In this document: piece after piece, positions 12,445 to 25,245 of the stretch
How positions within the stretch are numbered: position 1 is the stretch's first letter
Layout: every line of letters starts with the position of its first letter
Assembly: GCA_013265495.1 (NCBI GenBank)
Contig: MU063101.1
Location: 3,582,276-3,646,275 of the forward strand
Length of the DNA stretch: 64,000 nt
Source of the DNA: Vicugna vicugna
Taxonomy: Eukaryota
Reading direction: 5' to 3'
The notes under the pieces: model-generated
Told to the model about the DNA's origin: nothing
Databases searched by the model: none
Seen by the model: the letters and a program-made list of their open reading frames with translations, nothing else
Program-made: the position numbers and the translations under genes

Positions 12445-12600
12445 GCGGTCAAGCGTTACCGGGAGCCATTCAGCACACGTTTGCCAAGTTCCCACCGTGC
12501 GCCGGGCAGTGGGCCGCCCTGGCGGAGGAGCGGAGAGCCAGGTGGACGCTGCCCTTCACGGAGCTTCTCATCCAGGTGCTGAGCGTGCAAACCCGACCCA
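12445..12600 (-). mobile_element. L2 relic, unusually CpG-rich
   Basis: CATTCAGCACACGTTTGCCAAGTTCCCACCGTGCGCCGGGCAGTGGGC ... CTGCCCTTCACGGAGCTT parallels the reverse L2 end (cattcaacaaatatttattgagcacctactgtgtgccaggcactg ... cctgccctcatggagctt). Confidence 0.65.
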
Positions 12601-13739
12601 GGCTCCTTGGCCAGGTCGTGACAACTGTCTCACCTTGGTCTTCTTCACTTGCAAAATGGGGAGAGTTTGGTGAGTGAGGTCAAGAAGGAAGGGGGAAGAG
12701 CTCTGCCGAGTTAGAAATACTACAGGGGAACTTGGGAGGAGGTAATTTGAGCTCCATCCCCGGCTACTTCTGAGAGATTTCCTCTCTTTTCATGCCCTGC
12801 CTACAAGTCTGAAGTTTAACTCGGTTTCTTCATGACAATACACTTCCTTTGTGGGACCCGGGGGCCTCTTTCTTCCCCTTACTCCGTTTTCTCTCTTCCT
12901 CCTGCCTGTCTAGGTCAAAGTGTCTACGCTACTTTCTAAACCGCAGGTTTTTAAACAAGTTCTTCTGTTGCGTGTGGAGGGGAAGCGGGCGGGAGGAGGA
13001 TTCTCTTCAACTCTAAGACTCTGAGATGCTGAGCTTGGAGGTCCACGGGAGTTTGTTGCCGGTCAGACGGACTCTGCTCACGGGACTGTCTTTCCTCTGG
13101 CAGCACACACTCTCCATGTTCTCCGATCCTGGGCTGTGAAGCAGGCTTCAGGTCATTTCATTCTGATGAAACTCAGTCTATAACTGCCATGTCTAGGTGG
13201 CCCCAGGCCTCTTCACTCCTCTGGTTTCCTGAAAGGTCGGTTGTGGCTGCTGGATGTCTGTTTCATCCTTAAGGGGCAAGGCTAGATAGAAGCTTCTCAT
13301 CCGGCAAGATCGCGCTGAGCCGAGCAGCAGGCCCAGCGGGCAAAGCCGCCATGTCCCGGGCTGGCAAGGACCGGAGGGGAAACCTATCTAGTTCGTCTCC
13401 CGAGAGAGACTGATGGCGAGAGGGTCGGGGGGGAATGCAGGATGGGGAGGTGGGGAGACAAGGATGCGAGATCAGAGGGCCTGAAATGATGAGATCTCTC
13501 TTTCCCCGTTCCCCCTCAGTCGGACTCTGATCGGGAGCATCTCTGAGTGGGCAGAGATCCTAGGAAGCTTCTAATCCGTTACGCCCATTTGACAGCAAAG
13601 AAGGTGAAATTTTATCCAGAGGGAAAACATCATAGAAATCACCCGGGCTTGAAAAACTCAGCGCATTTGACCAGCAGCACAGGAAGAACAAATGCTTGTC
13701 CCTGAAAGTTACCATTTTCTCAGCCACCATGCTGAACAC

Positions 13740-13880
13740 CTTGCCTGGGTTATTATTTTTTTGAATCCAGATCATATCTAAGCATCTTACCTACGAGGTT
13801 AAATAACTTGGTCAAAGCTTCCCACTGAGAAGCTGGTGGAGCCAGGATTTGAACCCAGAAGCCATGCTGTGCCCAATGGC
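13740..13880 (-). mobile_element. MIR fragment
   Basis: GAGGTTAAATAACTTGGTCAAAG ... GGTGGAGCCAGGATTTGAACCCAG. Confidence 0.75.
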
Positions 13881-15449
13881 AAATGCTGCCTCCACTGGGT
13901 CAGACAAAAGGATTACGGGTTTGCTCTTAAGACACCATCAGCTTCTGAGAGGAACACCAAGCCTTCCTCCAGGAAGGCTTCCCTGAATGCACCCAGCCAC
14001 AAGCATCTTCCTGAGGTGAATGCCTAAACTCTAGGAAATGACTTTTTTTTCTCTCTAGTTTCCCATAGCTCAAAAGGTCCACATCTGGAAGAGCGAGTCT
14101 GCTGCCTTACTCGTGCTTTCTGGGACCAGGTCCCTTCACCACACTTCCCAAGTAATCACTCCTTACCAAACACTTGGGAGATGCTCAAAGAAGACTTGCA
14201 GAGTCAAAGGGGAAATTATGAGGAAGAGAAGCCATGGAAACAAGGACTCTCCTGTCACCAATCCTTCATCTTCCATTGAAATCAACGCTTCAGGAAGCTC
14301 TTAGGAAAACGCAACTGGTTTTAAGATCAAGAAATGTTTTCACCCTTACAAGTTTCCTCATCTGCCACGGCGATAATATATTCAGAGCCCCTCGCTGCAC
14401 ACAGATATTCCATAAATGAAAAGTATTATTATTACTTATCATGTTCAAGGCTGTTATCCCCAGTGGTTAATTAAATAAGGATGTATTCCCTCTGTTTAAC
14501 CCAAACTCATTAAGTGCAAGATGGTGGGCAGAATGTCACAGTGTAAAAATCATCTGTTATTCTTAAAAATGGTCCTCATGCACAGAAACCATCCACCTGC
14601 CCTCTCTCAGTCTGAACCCCTCAATGTTTGTGCCTGGGTCTCACTTCCCTTCTGGTCATGCCAGACTCACCTTCTAGTCTTTCTTTCATTTGGGTCCCCA
14701 ACTTGGACCTGTCAGCTCGGTGACTCTGAGGGGGAAGTCAGTGGTACACCTCGGATACGGCGTCTTGGTAGGCAGGGTGAGCAGAGGGGCGGGCCCCCTA
14801 AGAGGCAGTAACAGCTTCTCTGGCTATTACGGACACGCGCGCGAGAGAGAGACGGAAAGGCAACAGAGGACGAAGCAACATGGCAGCACGTGGGACAGTC
14901 AGACTGGGGTCCTCTCTCTGGAGAGAGCTGCGTGCACGGTATCAACAAGACCCCCCACCCCCCGCACCTGTGATGCTGTCCTTTCACGGCTTCTGTGAGG
15001 ACTATGTTTCTAAACTTGAACCACATACTCACTTTGGGACGTGAAGGGGAGTTGGGTAGGTGGATTCATTTACAAATGAGGTCGTTGAAGAAACATTTTT
15101 GGAGCAGCTACTACATGAGAAGTGGTGTGTTGGGCTCGGCAGGGACCGTGCTAAACAAGCTCCTGCTACCTGCTCTGCTGGAGAGAGATGTGTGAACCAG
15201 GAGCACTTGCTCCCGCAGCAGAAGTGATGCAACAGAAGTGTTCACAGAGTGTCCTGGTGGTGACTGACTTCTGCCCTTTGCTCCCAGGGGACTTCATACA
15301 CTCCCAGGTTAGAACACAGCTGAGCACAGGGTGACTCTAAACAAATGGCTGTTGGGTGGATGAGTTATTGTAATTATTTACCAATCTGTCTCCACTACTG
15401 GACTCTGAATCACTCCTAAGTAATAATCCTTGATCTGTGTAATAAACTG

Positions 15450-15740
15450 TGTAGCTGGGGTAGGTTGGAGACCACCACAAGCTGCGCTCCAGATCTCAGA
15501 AGCTTAGAGCAACAAAGGTTTATTTTGCTCGAGTTACAGATCAGCATGGATCGTCATCATAGAGGCTCTGCCCATCAAGAACCCACAGATGAAGCGGCTG
15601 CCATTGCAAATGGGATGGGGTACGGGGCCCTCCATGAAGGTGGAGCTCTGCAGGGGCTGCACTGGCAGCTAGATACACCAGCCTGGAAAAGACTTGCACT
15701 GCTGCTGTGCACCACTCACTGGCCAGAGTAAGGAAGCAAG
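15450..15740 (-). mobile_element. Old MaLR LTR relic (MLT1J/K-like)
   Basis: ACCACAAG ... CTCAGAAGCTTAGAGCAACAAAGGTTTATTTTGCTC resembles the reverse MLT1 end. Confidence 0.5.
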
Positions 15741-15771
15741 AAAGTACATGAAGAGTGGGAACACTGCAGAC

Positions 15772-15815
15772 TGTGTGTGTGTGTGTGTTTGTGTGTGAGT
15801 GCGCATGTGTGTGTT
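15772..15815. repeat. Imperfect (TG)n microsatellite
   Basis: Direct reading. Confidence 0.85.
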
Positions 15816-16059
15816 AGGGGAATGGAGGAGAAAGGGGACAGGTTCATGAATCGGGGCACACTCCCACATGACAGCTGTGATTCCCCTCTGTGTACTGTTG
15901 CGGGCTTGTCCTCCTGGGACCAAGTTCCAAGTGTGATGACCCACAGATGGACAAGAGGACAGAGAGACCCACTAACTCGCTAGTGTGGGGTCGGGGCGGG
16001 GCGCACCATCTCTGTGATAAGCCAGGAAGTATGATACAGAGGGCACTGCAACCTCTGGG

Positions 16060-16210
16060 CCTCGGGCAGGCTGCTCAACTTTCTTGAGCCTCAATCTCTT
16101 CTCCTGTCAGACAGGATCAAACAGCACCTACCTCAGTTCTGTTATGTCAGGACCTACAGAAACGACCCAGGTAAAGGGCCCTGTAGTGTCAGATGTCCAT
16201 AACGAGGAGA
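16060..16210 (+). mobile_element. MIR fragment
   Basis: CTCGGGCAGGCTGCTCAACTTTCTTGAGCCTCAATCTCTTCTCCTGT ... CACCTACCTCA. Confidence 0.7.
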
Positions 16211-17239
16211 GGAGGACAGGGTCTGGAAGGAGATTCCTAAGTGATACACTGTCTTGTGTTCAAGTCTTGGAAGGCAGGGTTAGGATGGGGCTGGGGTGGG
16301 TCCTACATTTCCTTCCCATCCTCAGTGGCCTCAGAGCACAGCGGGGGACCTTTCCCTGGCTTCCCGGACATGAGACACGCTGGATCTCACCTCGGTTATC
16401 GCAGTGCTGTCACTACTGAGGCACGTCCTCCCCATGGGGGCTGGGTCTCTGGGCTCTCACCTAACATTGGGCTGACGATTTTGATCCAAAAACAACAGAA
16501 GGGTCACCAGTGGGGCCCTTCTGAATCCATCACGCCTTCTGTGACCATGAGGTGCGGACGTGTGCTTCTCCGTTTCATAGGGAGAAATCAGGTCCAGCTC
16601 ACTCAGTGTAATTTCGGGTAAGTGACATCTGCCCCACAGCAGGAAACACATGGTTCTCTTGACCGGGAATTTGCAAGCACTGGCTGGGAGGAAACCAGAA
16701 TCTATTGCTCCTAGCTCTACCATTTAGCGCAGGTCACCTCACCTCACTAAGCCTCTGAGTTCTCCATCCTTCAAATGGGAATTATCGCAGCGGCACCGGC
16801 CTTGTCGGGTTATCAGGAACATCGATCCAGACAATGCAGGGTAAACACCGTGGACAACACTGAAACACAAGACGTGTGAGGAATCGTATCCTCTTTTCCC
16901 TGGAGGAACCCCATTTCTGTAGGAAAACTAGGCCAAAAGTTTCGCCGCGACAGGCACGGGCTTGCTTAAACGTGAAGGGCAAAAGAGCAGCCTTGCTGGT
17001 CTAACTGAAAATAACCAGGAGAAAGCCTGAGCCAGAGCCCTCAGCTGAAAGAGACCAAGGCGCCCAGGAGCCATTACCACAGGCGGTGCATCCAGTCTGT
17101 GTCGCTTTCAAACAAGGGTTCCCGTCCGGAGAAGAACAGCCCCCGTGTGCTGATGGCTGCGGGGCGGGGCGGGGGGCACGTGGAACCCCACTTACAAGCG
17201 TTGTGGTCAGACTGTTCTGGGCTGGAGTTCTTCGCCCAG

Positions 17240-17410
17240 CAGTTACCAGCAGCAGAGCCCCGGACAAGCTACTTCTTCCTTCTGAGCCTGTTTCTCCACC
17301 TGATAAGTGGGGCTAATAATCAGAACCTCTTAAGAGGGAGAGAAATAAGGGAGGTAAAAGCCCTGAGCGGTGGCTTGCCCGTAGCTGGCACTTCATTGAC
17401 ATTGGCTCAT
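17240..17410 (+). mobile_element. MIR fragment
   Basis: GGACAAGCTACTT ... CTGAGCCTGTTTCTCCACCTGATAAGTGGGGCTAATAAT. Confidence 0.7.
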
Positions 17411-20400
17411 TTCCATTCTTTTTGCCTCTTCTTGCCCAAGCCTTTGTGAAAAGCAACCCTAATTTCCTTGAGCCCCAAGTTCTGTCGCCTGTGCTGAACA
17501 CAAAATGCTGGTGGAGACTGCTTCTCGCCCCAAGACATCTTTGTGTTTGCCTTATAGAACCGAAAACAGAATTCAGCGCGGAACGGAATGGGTGTCAGAT
17601 GCACACCTGGATTGTCAGTGGCCGCGGCCAGTGGCCCACGCTTCCGGCCCTCTGATCGGACGCCTGGAGGGGGAGGCACTCCCTGGAGGGAGCAGCTGGC
17701 TGCCCCCAGCGGCACAACCACAGCCAAGGCTCCAGCCTCCAGGGTGAAGATGGGTCACTGCCGCCAGAGTCTGCTCACCCTTCCCTCTCCCTGGCTAACA
17801 AGGGTGCAGCAGGAACCTGGACCACAGCTCCCATCCCAGATGAGCCAACGCCCCTGTTTGGTACCCAAGTCGTCGTCGTCTTTTTTTTTTCCCTTTAAAT
17901 GTAAAAACTAGTTGTGATTAATGGTGCCCTGTGGTTCCTCATGCAGAAATAAGGTCATGGTGAAGAAACGGTCGTTTTGAAACCCCGGTGAACTTCAGGG
18001 GCCCGAACCGGGTGGTGATCACTCAGGTCTCGGCTCATCTTTCTTCTCTGCGGCCTGCGACTTCAAGGCCGGGGGCTGTCCCTGCCGCTCAGACTTCCTC
18101 TCATGCAAATCACCCCGGGCGGGGGCGGAAGGATGGCAAACCGAGAAAAGGGAGCGAGAGGGAAGTAATGAAAAAGACCTGCCCAGACCTACTTTCTGTC
18201 CCCTCCACCAGCCTGAGACAGAGGTCCCACCTGAGCCCCGCCGCCGCCTCGGCAAGGACCTGCTTGCTTCTGGTGAAATTCCAAATCTAGAAGCAATGGG
18301 CTTGGAGGTGAACCTGGTCCAACCACTTCTCAGGAAACAAATGCACAGGCTCCCTTTCACCAAAGACCACAGCTCTGAGGGGTCGGTGGGCCCTCCGGCA
18401 GCCCCATCTTGGTTCTGATGCTCTGCAGAAGTGCCAGGCTCCAGGCTCCCTGCCCTTAAAAGAGCGGGTCTCAGGAGGGTAAAGGCCTACGTGAGCTGAC
18501 AGGCAGCGCAATTAGGGAACACAGAGCAGTTGGGACAGGAGGGGAGAGGAAGCCCTTGCAAAACAGGTCCCAACTCCAGCTGGGCCCCAGAGAGGGCACC
18601 CCAGAAAGGAGCATCCACAATGGAAGGACATTCTGTGTATGAGCCCTCCTGGGCACTACCGTGGGGGCTGCCAGGAGCTTGCTTTTCTCTCTGCTGGCTT
18701 CAGTGAGTGTGGGGACAGGCGTGACACATGTCTGGAGAGCCCAAAGCACCACAGCCGGCCTTGCAGCCGGGAGAAGTGGCCAAGGGCAGAGAGGAGAGAA
18801 ACAAGCCAAGAGCTGGGAGCCCTGACTCTGCTTGACCTTCAAGTACTCAACCCTGGTCTTTGGGCCTCAGTTTCCCCATCTGAAAGCAAGGAGGCTGGAA
18901 TACACCATCACTCACTCCTCTGTTTCACAGGCGAGCCCCCAAGGAGACGTTCTGTCCTAGCCCGTCATCAACTTGGGCAGGACTCAACTGCTTCTGGTCA
19001 AACCTCAAATCTAGATGCAGTGGCTTTCCAGCCCAACCACTTCTCAGCTAGTGACTGAGGGAGAGGAAGGACGAGCAGCGCTCCCACCGGCCCTGCTCTG
19101 CGCAGACTGCCGGGCAGGCCTTCAAAGGGTACCTCCGTTCCTGCTGCCTTTGCAGACTGACTCCAAATTGGGTGTCCTGGGAGGCCACAGCCCACCCTGA
19201 TCTGGGAGAACAAAAGACATCGCCACGCCATCTAAGGGTGAGCCCCATCAGGCACCCAGGTCCCTGTCTCCCCGCTTACACAAAGGGAAACGCAGACCTC
19301 CAAGGGCTCATAACCTGCACAGGGTGAGGTCAGGATTTCCACGTCTCCTTGTGTGCGCAAATACCTTTACACCTCATCACACACAAAGGCCATTCAGCCC
19401 AGGAGAACAAGTGCCCCGTGACCTCCTTGGCCAAATCCCGTCTCATTTTGGGAATGGAATTCCTTTTGCTATGACACAAAGAGATGGAGATAAATTACTC
19501 TCCCAGGTTCCCCCGACCTCGGTCATTATGTGCTTATGAGTGGACAGTCACAGGCGCGGGGTAACTAAAGTATTAAAATAATATCCAGGAGCCCTTGACT
19601 GATGAGTTTCTCTCCCAGACAGATCTGTGGATATTGATAAAGACTGACCGCTGATACTGATAAAGGGTTCTCAGTACACACCTCCGTGGCTAAGGTAGGG
19701 CTTTGCTCTAAAACATGAACTGGACCAGGGCATGACAAGTCTGTGGACTATGACTTGGGGCATTGATCCAGCTTTCTTGCCTCTTCAGCCAAAGGGACTA
19801 AATGTTATCAGTGGGGAAATCAGGAGCTTAGTGGGAGACCCAGAAAAATAAAGGTTGTCCAGCCACACCAGGGGAGGAAGGAGCTTCAGGATAAAGAGGG
19901 AGGGTCCACCCCACCTCCTCTCCCCCTTGCCTTCCCCATAGACACAAAGAGCAAAATGGGGGGCTCCCGACCAGATAGGGGACCCTGCCAAATTCTCCCA
20001 GTCAGTCCATGCAGAGAAACAAGGGTGGCTTGTTTTCCCCAAGAAGAAGCACATGTGAGGCAGTGTTGTAAGGAGGGGCGGAGCTAAAAAAAAAAACTTT
20101 TCCCCTGCGAGCGGCAGGCGGGGCCCCAGCCGGGGCGTCTCTGATGGAAAGGGTGGCTTGATGTGGCGTCCCTGGTTCCTCTGAACCCGCTCAGCGACAG
20201 GCGCGGAGCAGCGCAGTCTGTGTTTGAAGGTATTTCTCTCCAGCAAACACCAGGCGGGGAGGAGAAAAACCCAAACCACTTCAAGTGGATTTCAATTTTG
20301 AAAGACGCCACATGAAACGTGCAGAAACCGAAGCCCCCTTTAGTTCGGGCCCAAGAGTAACAGACTGGAGAGGGGGAGCTCAGCAGGGCTGTCAGCCGCC

Positions 20401-22144
20401 CTCCCTCCGGGATGCCCCCCGCATGTGGCTCCCCTGCCAAATGGCTCAGCAGAGGGAGCGGGAGCTTTCATCTCTGCACGGGATACAGATGCGCGGAGAA
20501 CTAGACCACAGCGTCGCCCCTCGCGGGGAGAAGCAAGGCTGCGCTCGTTGGGGACCAAGCAGTCCAACGTATCTCTGAACTCCCTGTGCGGCGGTCGACC
20601 TGGGAAGGATTTTGGCCTTTAGGGAAGACCTCAAAGCACACCAAGACCTAATACGCCGAGTTGAAGCCATCACTCACTCATTCATTCATTCATTCATTCA
20701 TTCACCTGCATCACCTCATCTTCCCTCGCAGCCACGTTCCTTTAACGCTCCAACCACGCACAAGCCCGCAAGGAGAGGAGCCTGACTATTTCACCCCCAT
20801 CGACCTCTCTTATTTGCATGCTGCCTCCACTTTGACCCAGTTCCTTTCTCGTTTTCATTCCTGGTCACTGGGTCTTTTTCTTCTCTTTTAATTTTTTTTC
20901 GGGGGGCAGGGGAATTAATTAGGTTCATTATTATTTTTTTAATGGAGGGACTAGAGAGTGGACCCAGGACCTTGGCACGCCAGGCACGCACTCTGCCCTG
21001 AGCTGTGCCCTCCCCCAAACTGGTCACTGGGTCTTGGTGTCCTTTGGCCAGCTCCTGACAACTGGCGTTTGTTGACTGACTTCTGCCAAAGCCTGACCAG
21101 AGGCCTACACTTAGACGGGACTGTTTTTCCCTTTGACGCCTTCTCTCTGCCAGATCAAGGCAGTCAGAAGGCTCTTCCCTTCCCAGGCTCAAGGCCAATA
21201 GGTATGGTCATGGGTCACCTTCATATGGGGGGACTTCAGTTTGAGTGAAAATATTCTAGCAAGTCCAACGTGGCACAGGGGAAGGAGTAAGGACGTCGGG
21301 GTCCAGCCAGCTTTAAATTCAAGTCCAGGAGATGCGTAGCTGTGTGACTTCGGGTGTGTTGCTTAAACCCTCTGATTGCTGAAGAATGCCTGCAACACAG
21401 GTAGTAACTCCACAGGAGCTGTATGCATGTCAAGTTCCTGAGGTATAGAAGGGGCAAAGTCAGGACCTCCCTCTCTACAGATAAAAAAATAATAATAGTA
21501 GTAATAGTTGATAATTACTGAGAACTTACATGACTGTCCGTCTGCGAAACTCCAAACTTAGTGACTAAGTCCAGAGGTTGCACCTGTGAGCAGGTGTCCT
21601 GGGCAGTTCAGGTTTTAGATACTCTGCCCCACTGTCAACCATGGCTTCTGCCTCTGCTTTTTTTATTTAGAAATCTGATCACTGAACGGACAGAATTTAC
21701 AGCATCATTTTATTTCCATTTTTGGTGAGACAAGAGAGTGAGAGGGGACCCTGATGAAGTTTCTCTTCTGTCCAAAAATTGAAACAAAGGTCACTGGAAA
21801 CTTCTTATTGATTGAAAAATACATATGAAATGGAACACAGACTCCATTTTGGGATTTTTGTGCCAGTGAATTCCGTCTGAACAGTGTACATTAAGGGACT
21901 TTTTATATAGCAGGTCCTTGACCCTTTAGACTGATTCAAATACATGTTTGAAGTGGGCCTCCTTGGGATTTGGGGGCTCTGCCACAGATTTGTCATCCAA
22001 GGAAGGGAGGTTATGAAAGGAGCTAATGTTTACCCAGGGTTCTGTGGCTACCATTTTTCCGTCTTTCTGTCTCTTGAACATTTCCCTGGGGAGAGGTCTA
22101 CATTACTCAAGCTGGAGGGAGCTTGGGAAAGCATCGAAAAGTAC

Positions 22145-22146
<2 letters not shown>

Positions 22147-22176
<30 letters not shown>
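22147..22176. repeat. (TG)n microsatellite
   Basis: Pure TG run of about 15 units. Confidence 0.95.
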
Positions 22177-22178
<2 letters not shown>

Positions 22179-22405
22179 CAAAAAAGAATCTTTAAAAAAT
22201 TTGGGTAGAACTCAAACCCATCTGGGTTGGGTAAGTCCGACTGGAAGACATGACTGAGGCTGGGTCACTCCATCAGCGCCAATCAGAGCTCACTGTTCTG
22301 TGCCCCGAGTCTGCGGCCATGTCTGGTCCTCTAGAAGATGATGGGGATGGCTGGGAGGGTGGTGGTGATGGTGATGGCCAAGCTGACGAGACAGATGAGG
22401 CTTCC

Positions 22406-22867
22406 GTGTTAGTGTCCTGGGGTGCTGTCACAAATGGCCACAGACTTGGCGGCTTAAAACAACAAGAACTTACTCTCCCACAGTTCTGGAGGCCAGAAGC
22501 CTGCAGTCAAGGTGCTGGCAGGGCCACGCTCCCTCACCAGATGCTAGGGGTTCTTCTCTCCTTGCCTCTTCTATTTTCTGGTGGTTACCAGAAATTCTTG
22601 GCTTTCCTGGGCTCAGAGCTGTGTTCCTCCAATTTTGGCTGCTGTATTCCCCTGGCCATCTCCCCTCTGTGTGTCTGTGTATCTAAACCTCTCTCTGTAT
22701 AAGGACACCAATCATTGCATCCAGGGCTCACCCTAAACCAGGATGACTTCATTTTAACTTAACCAAATTACATCTCCAAAGACTATTTCCAAATAAGGTC
22801 ACATTCACTGGTACTAGAGACTAGGATGTCAACATATCTTTGGGGGAAAACAATTCTACCCACTACA
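22406..22867 (-). mobile_element. MLT1C/B-like MaLR solo LTR, near full length
   Basis: GGCGGCTTAAAACAACAAG, CACAGTTCTGGAGGCCAGAAG, TTTCCAAATAAGGTCACATTC and a CCCACTACA end match the reverse MLT1C consensus. Confidence 0.9.
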
Positions 22868-23189
22868 GCTTCTAATAACACTTGATATTTACTGAGCTGC
22901 CACTTAATGCTAGGTACTCTACCAGCACTTTACAATTATTAGGCAGACCCATTTGAAATGGCTGCCTTTGTAGGTTATAAATGTTTACATGTCAACAATT
23001 TCATATGGTTAAACCTAGGATTATCTTATTTAACCCTCTTATTACTCTTAGTGCCAACTCTTACTGTACCAGGTGGATACAATCTGCTGAGGACAAAGGC
23101 ACTGATATTTGTCTGGGAGATGACATAGTCTGTGGTTTTAGGAATTGACACTAATAAAATCTACAACTTCCTCCTTGTGTAACCAGGAG

Positions 23190-23345
23190 GGTGTTGACTG
23201 CTCCCTCAGGGCCTCGATTTCTCCATCTGTAAAATCAGAGACAATTATTTTATAATAGGCTTTGTGGGCATAAACACAGCAATCCCTGAAAGCTAGAAGA
23301 AGCATCTTGCAGAGGGTCTGGCCCTTAGTAGGTGCTAAGGGTGGT
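23190..23345 (+). mobile_element. MIR fragment
   Basis: GGCCTCGATTTCTCCATCTGTAAAAT ... TAGTAGGTGCT. Confidence 0.7.
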
Positions 23346-23354
23346 CCTGGGAAC

Positions 23355-23530
23355 GGTACACTTGCGAATCACCTGGGAGGAGGGGAGGGGAGCCTGTGTT
23401 TAAAAATGCAGCTTCCCAGGCCCTGCCCAGAGCTACTGAATTCGAATCTCTGGGACTGTGCCTGGAAATCTGCATTTTCACTTGTGTCCCCAGTGATTCC
23501 TCTGCTTACCAACATAAGAAAACTGCTGCC
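23355..23530. mobile_element. MER5-family (hAT-Charlie) MITE
   Basis: GAATCACCTGGGAG ... TTTAAAAATGCAG ... CCCTGCCCAGAGCTACTGAATTCGAATCTCTGGG ... GGAAATCTGCATTTT. Confidence 0.8.
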
Positions 23531-25199
23531 TTAAGGGAATAAAAGTTTTTTGTTTTTCTTTTACAGAACATAGCAGTCAATTTAGGACTGGTTTGAGCTG
23601 TTCAGGTCCCCATCCACTCTAAGTTCAAGACAACAGTGGGAGCTGGGGGACCAGGTGACAGCTTCCATTGCCAGAGACAGGCAAGGGTTAACAGGGACCT
23701 TTCAAGGGGAAAGTGTATCTTTCATTCTGAATCGTCTGAGGTTGCATGTCCGTGACTTTTCCATTACTTGAATGAAAATAAAGACCATGCTTAAAAACTG
23801 CATGTTTCAAAATCAATGTCGTGCTCCTTCCGGAAGTCAAATCCTTGTGCCTTGTTGGTACTTAGAGAAAACAAGACAACAATCTCTTTCCAAGATATTT
23901 CTTTTCCTCCCGCAAATTTTCCAGCTTCCTTAATAATCAAATTGTCCCCTCACCCAGGCACCATGTTTCTCTCTTGTGTTGAGGACTAAGAGACTCTTGA
24001 CTTTAAAACTAAGCTTTTGGAAGTAAGGTGTCTGCTTCAAGGACCCTTTTTTCGTGTCTGAAAGCTCAAGGGTTTTTCTTTGCCTCACTGAGCAACAGGT
24101 TCGGGGATTCGTGGGCAGAAAGGAGATGCAGTTTCAGAACCCCAGCCTCGTGCTTGTTGTGTGTGATTTGTGTTGTCAGGAAGCTCAAGCTGCTGTCCCA
24201 ACAGGGACCCGCCCTGCCACTGGGCCCGGAGTCCTGCCTTCCCGCCTGCCTGCCTCTAAGAGTGCCCCCAGTCTAGCCCTGGATCTCGAGATAAAGGCAT
24301 GGCCCACTGGCAGTGTCTCTTAAAGTGTAAGTCATCAGAGATGTGCCCTGTGCCTGGGCAAGGGATGACAGAGAAGAGATGACAGGACACCTGTTTGCAC
24401 GAGCAGGAAGAACACAGAATTTGAAGTCTGGCACTACCTCCCAAATAGACTTACGCTTCCCATCTTCCCCAGGACTGTGAACATTCTGAACACATTTTAT
24501 CATTCAATTCCCACCTCCCACTCCCAGAGAGGCTACCCTGTAATTAACATGTTATAGACACGAACCAGCAGCTTAGCAGGGTCAGATGACTTCTCCCCAG
24601 TCATGCATGTAGAAAATGGTAGAATACTGATTCACCTTCTGCCCATCTGACTCCATGATGCCCCGAGGATGCTAGTCACCCTTCCTTTTTTTCCGGCTGT
24701 GTCACTGTGGCCTCCCTGAGCCTCACTGCCCTCTTATGGGAAGCAGGAATGACAACAATGCCAACCTGGGGCGAGGGGAAAACAGGGTTTACGTGTAAAG
24801 GAGTTCAAGAGCAGAGAAAGGGGAGTGGCTCCCAGTCCATTCTGTTCCATATTTCTCCCGTGACCATGTCCTCCATGGATTGGTTTCCCAACTAGCTGAG
24901 GTGGGTGGGACAGGGGGCAGAGGTAGACAAGGGGAGCTCAGATCGGGACAGGGTGGAGGTGCCCTCCCTCTGCAGGTGTGTCCGTGGGGCACAGGCACAG
25001 GGGCGAGAGAGGAATAACTGAGGATTGACTCCCACTAGTGGGTCAGACTTGACTCCACTGGACCATAAGCCCCTGGAAGGCAAGGGCCACATTCTGTTCC
25101 TCTTCTAAGAGCACCGTGCCCAGTGCGTGGGCACTCACTGCTCAGCCTAGAGCCCACTTTGGAGACTGAGTTTCATTTCTGTCAGGCAGCTTCCTCTCC

Positions 25200-25245
25200 G
25201 CCCCCTTCCTCCTCCACCTCCTCCTCCTCCTCCTCCACCTCCTTT
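25200..25245. repeat. (CCT)n-rich low-complexity tract
   Basis: Direct reading. Confidence 0.85.
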
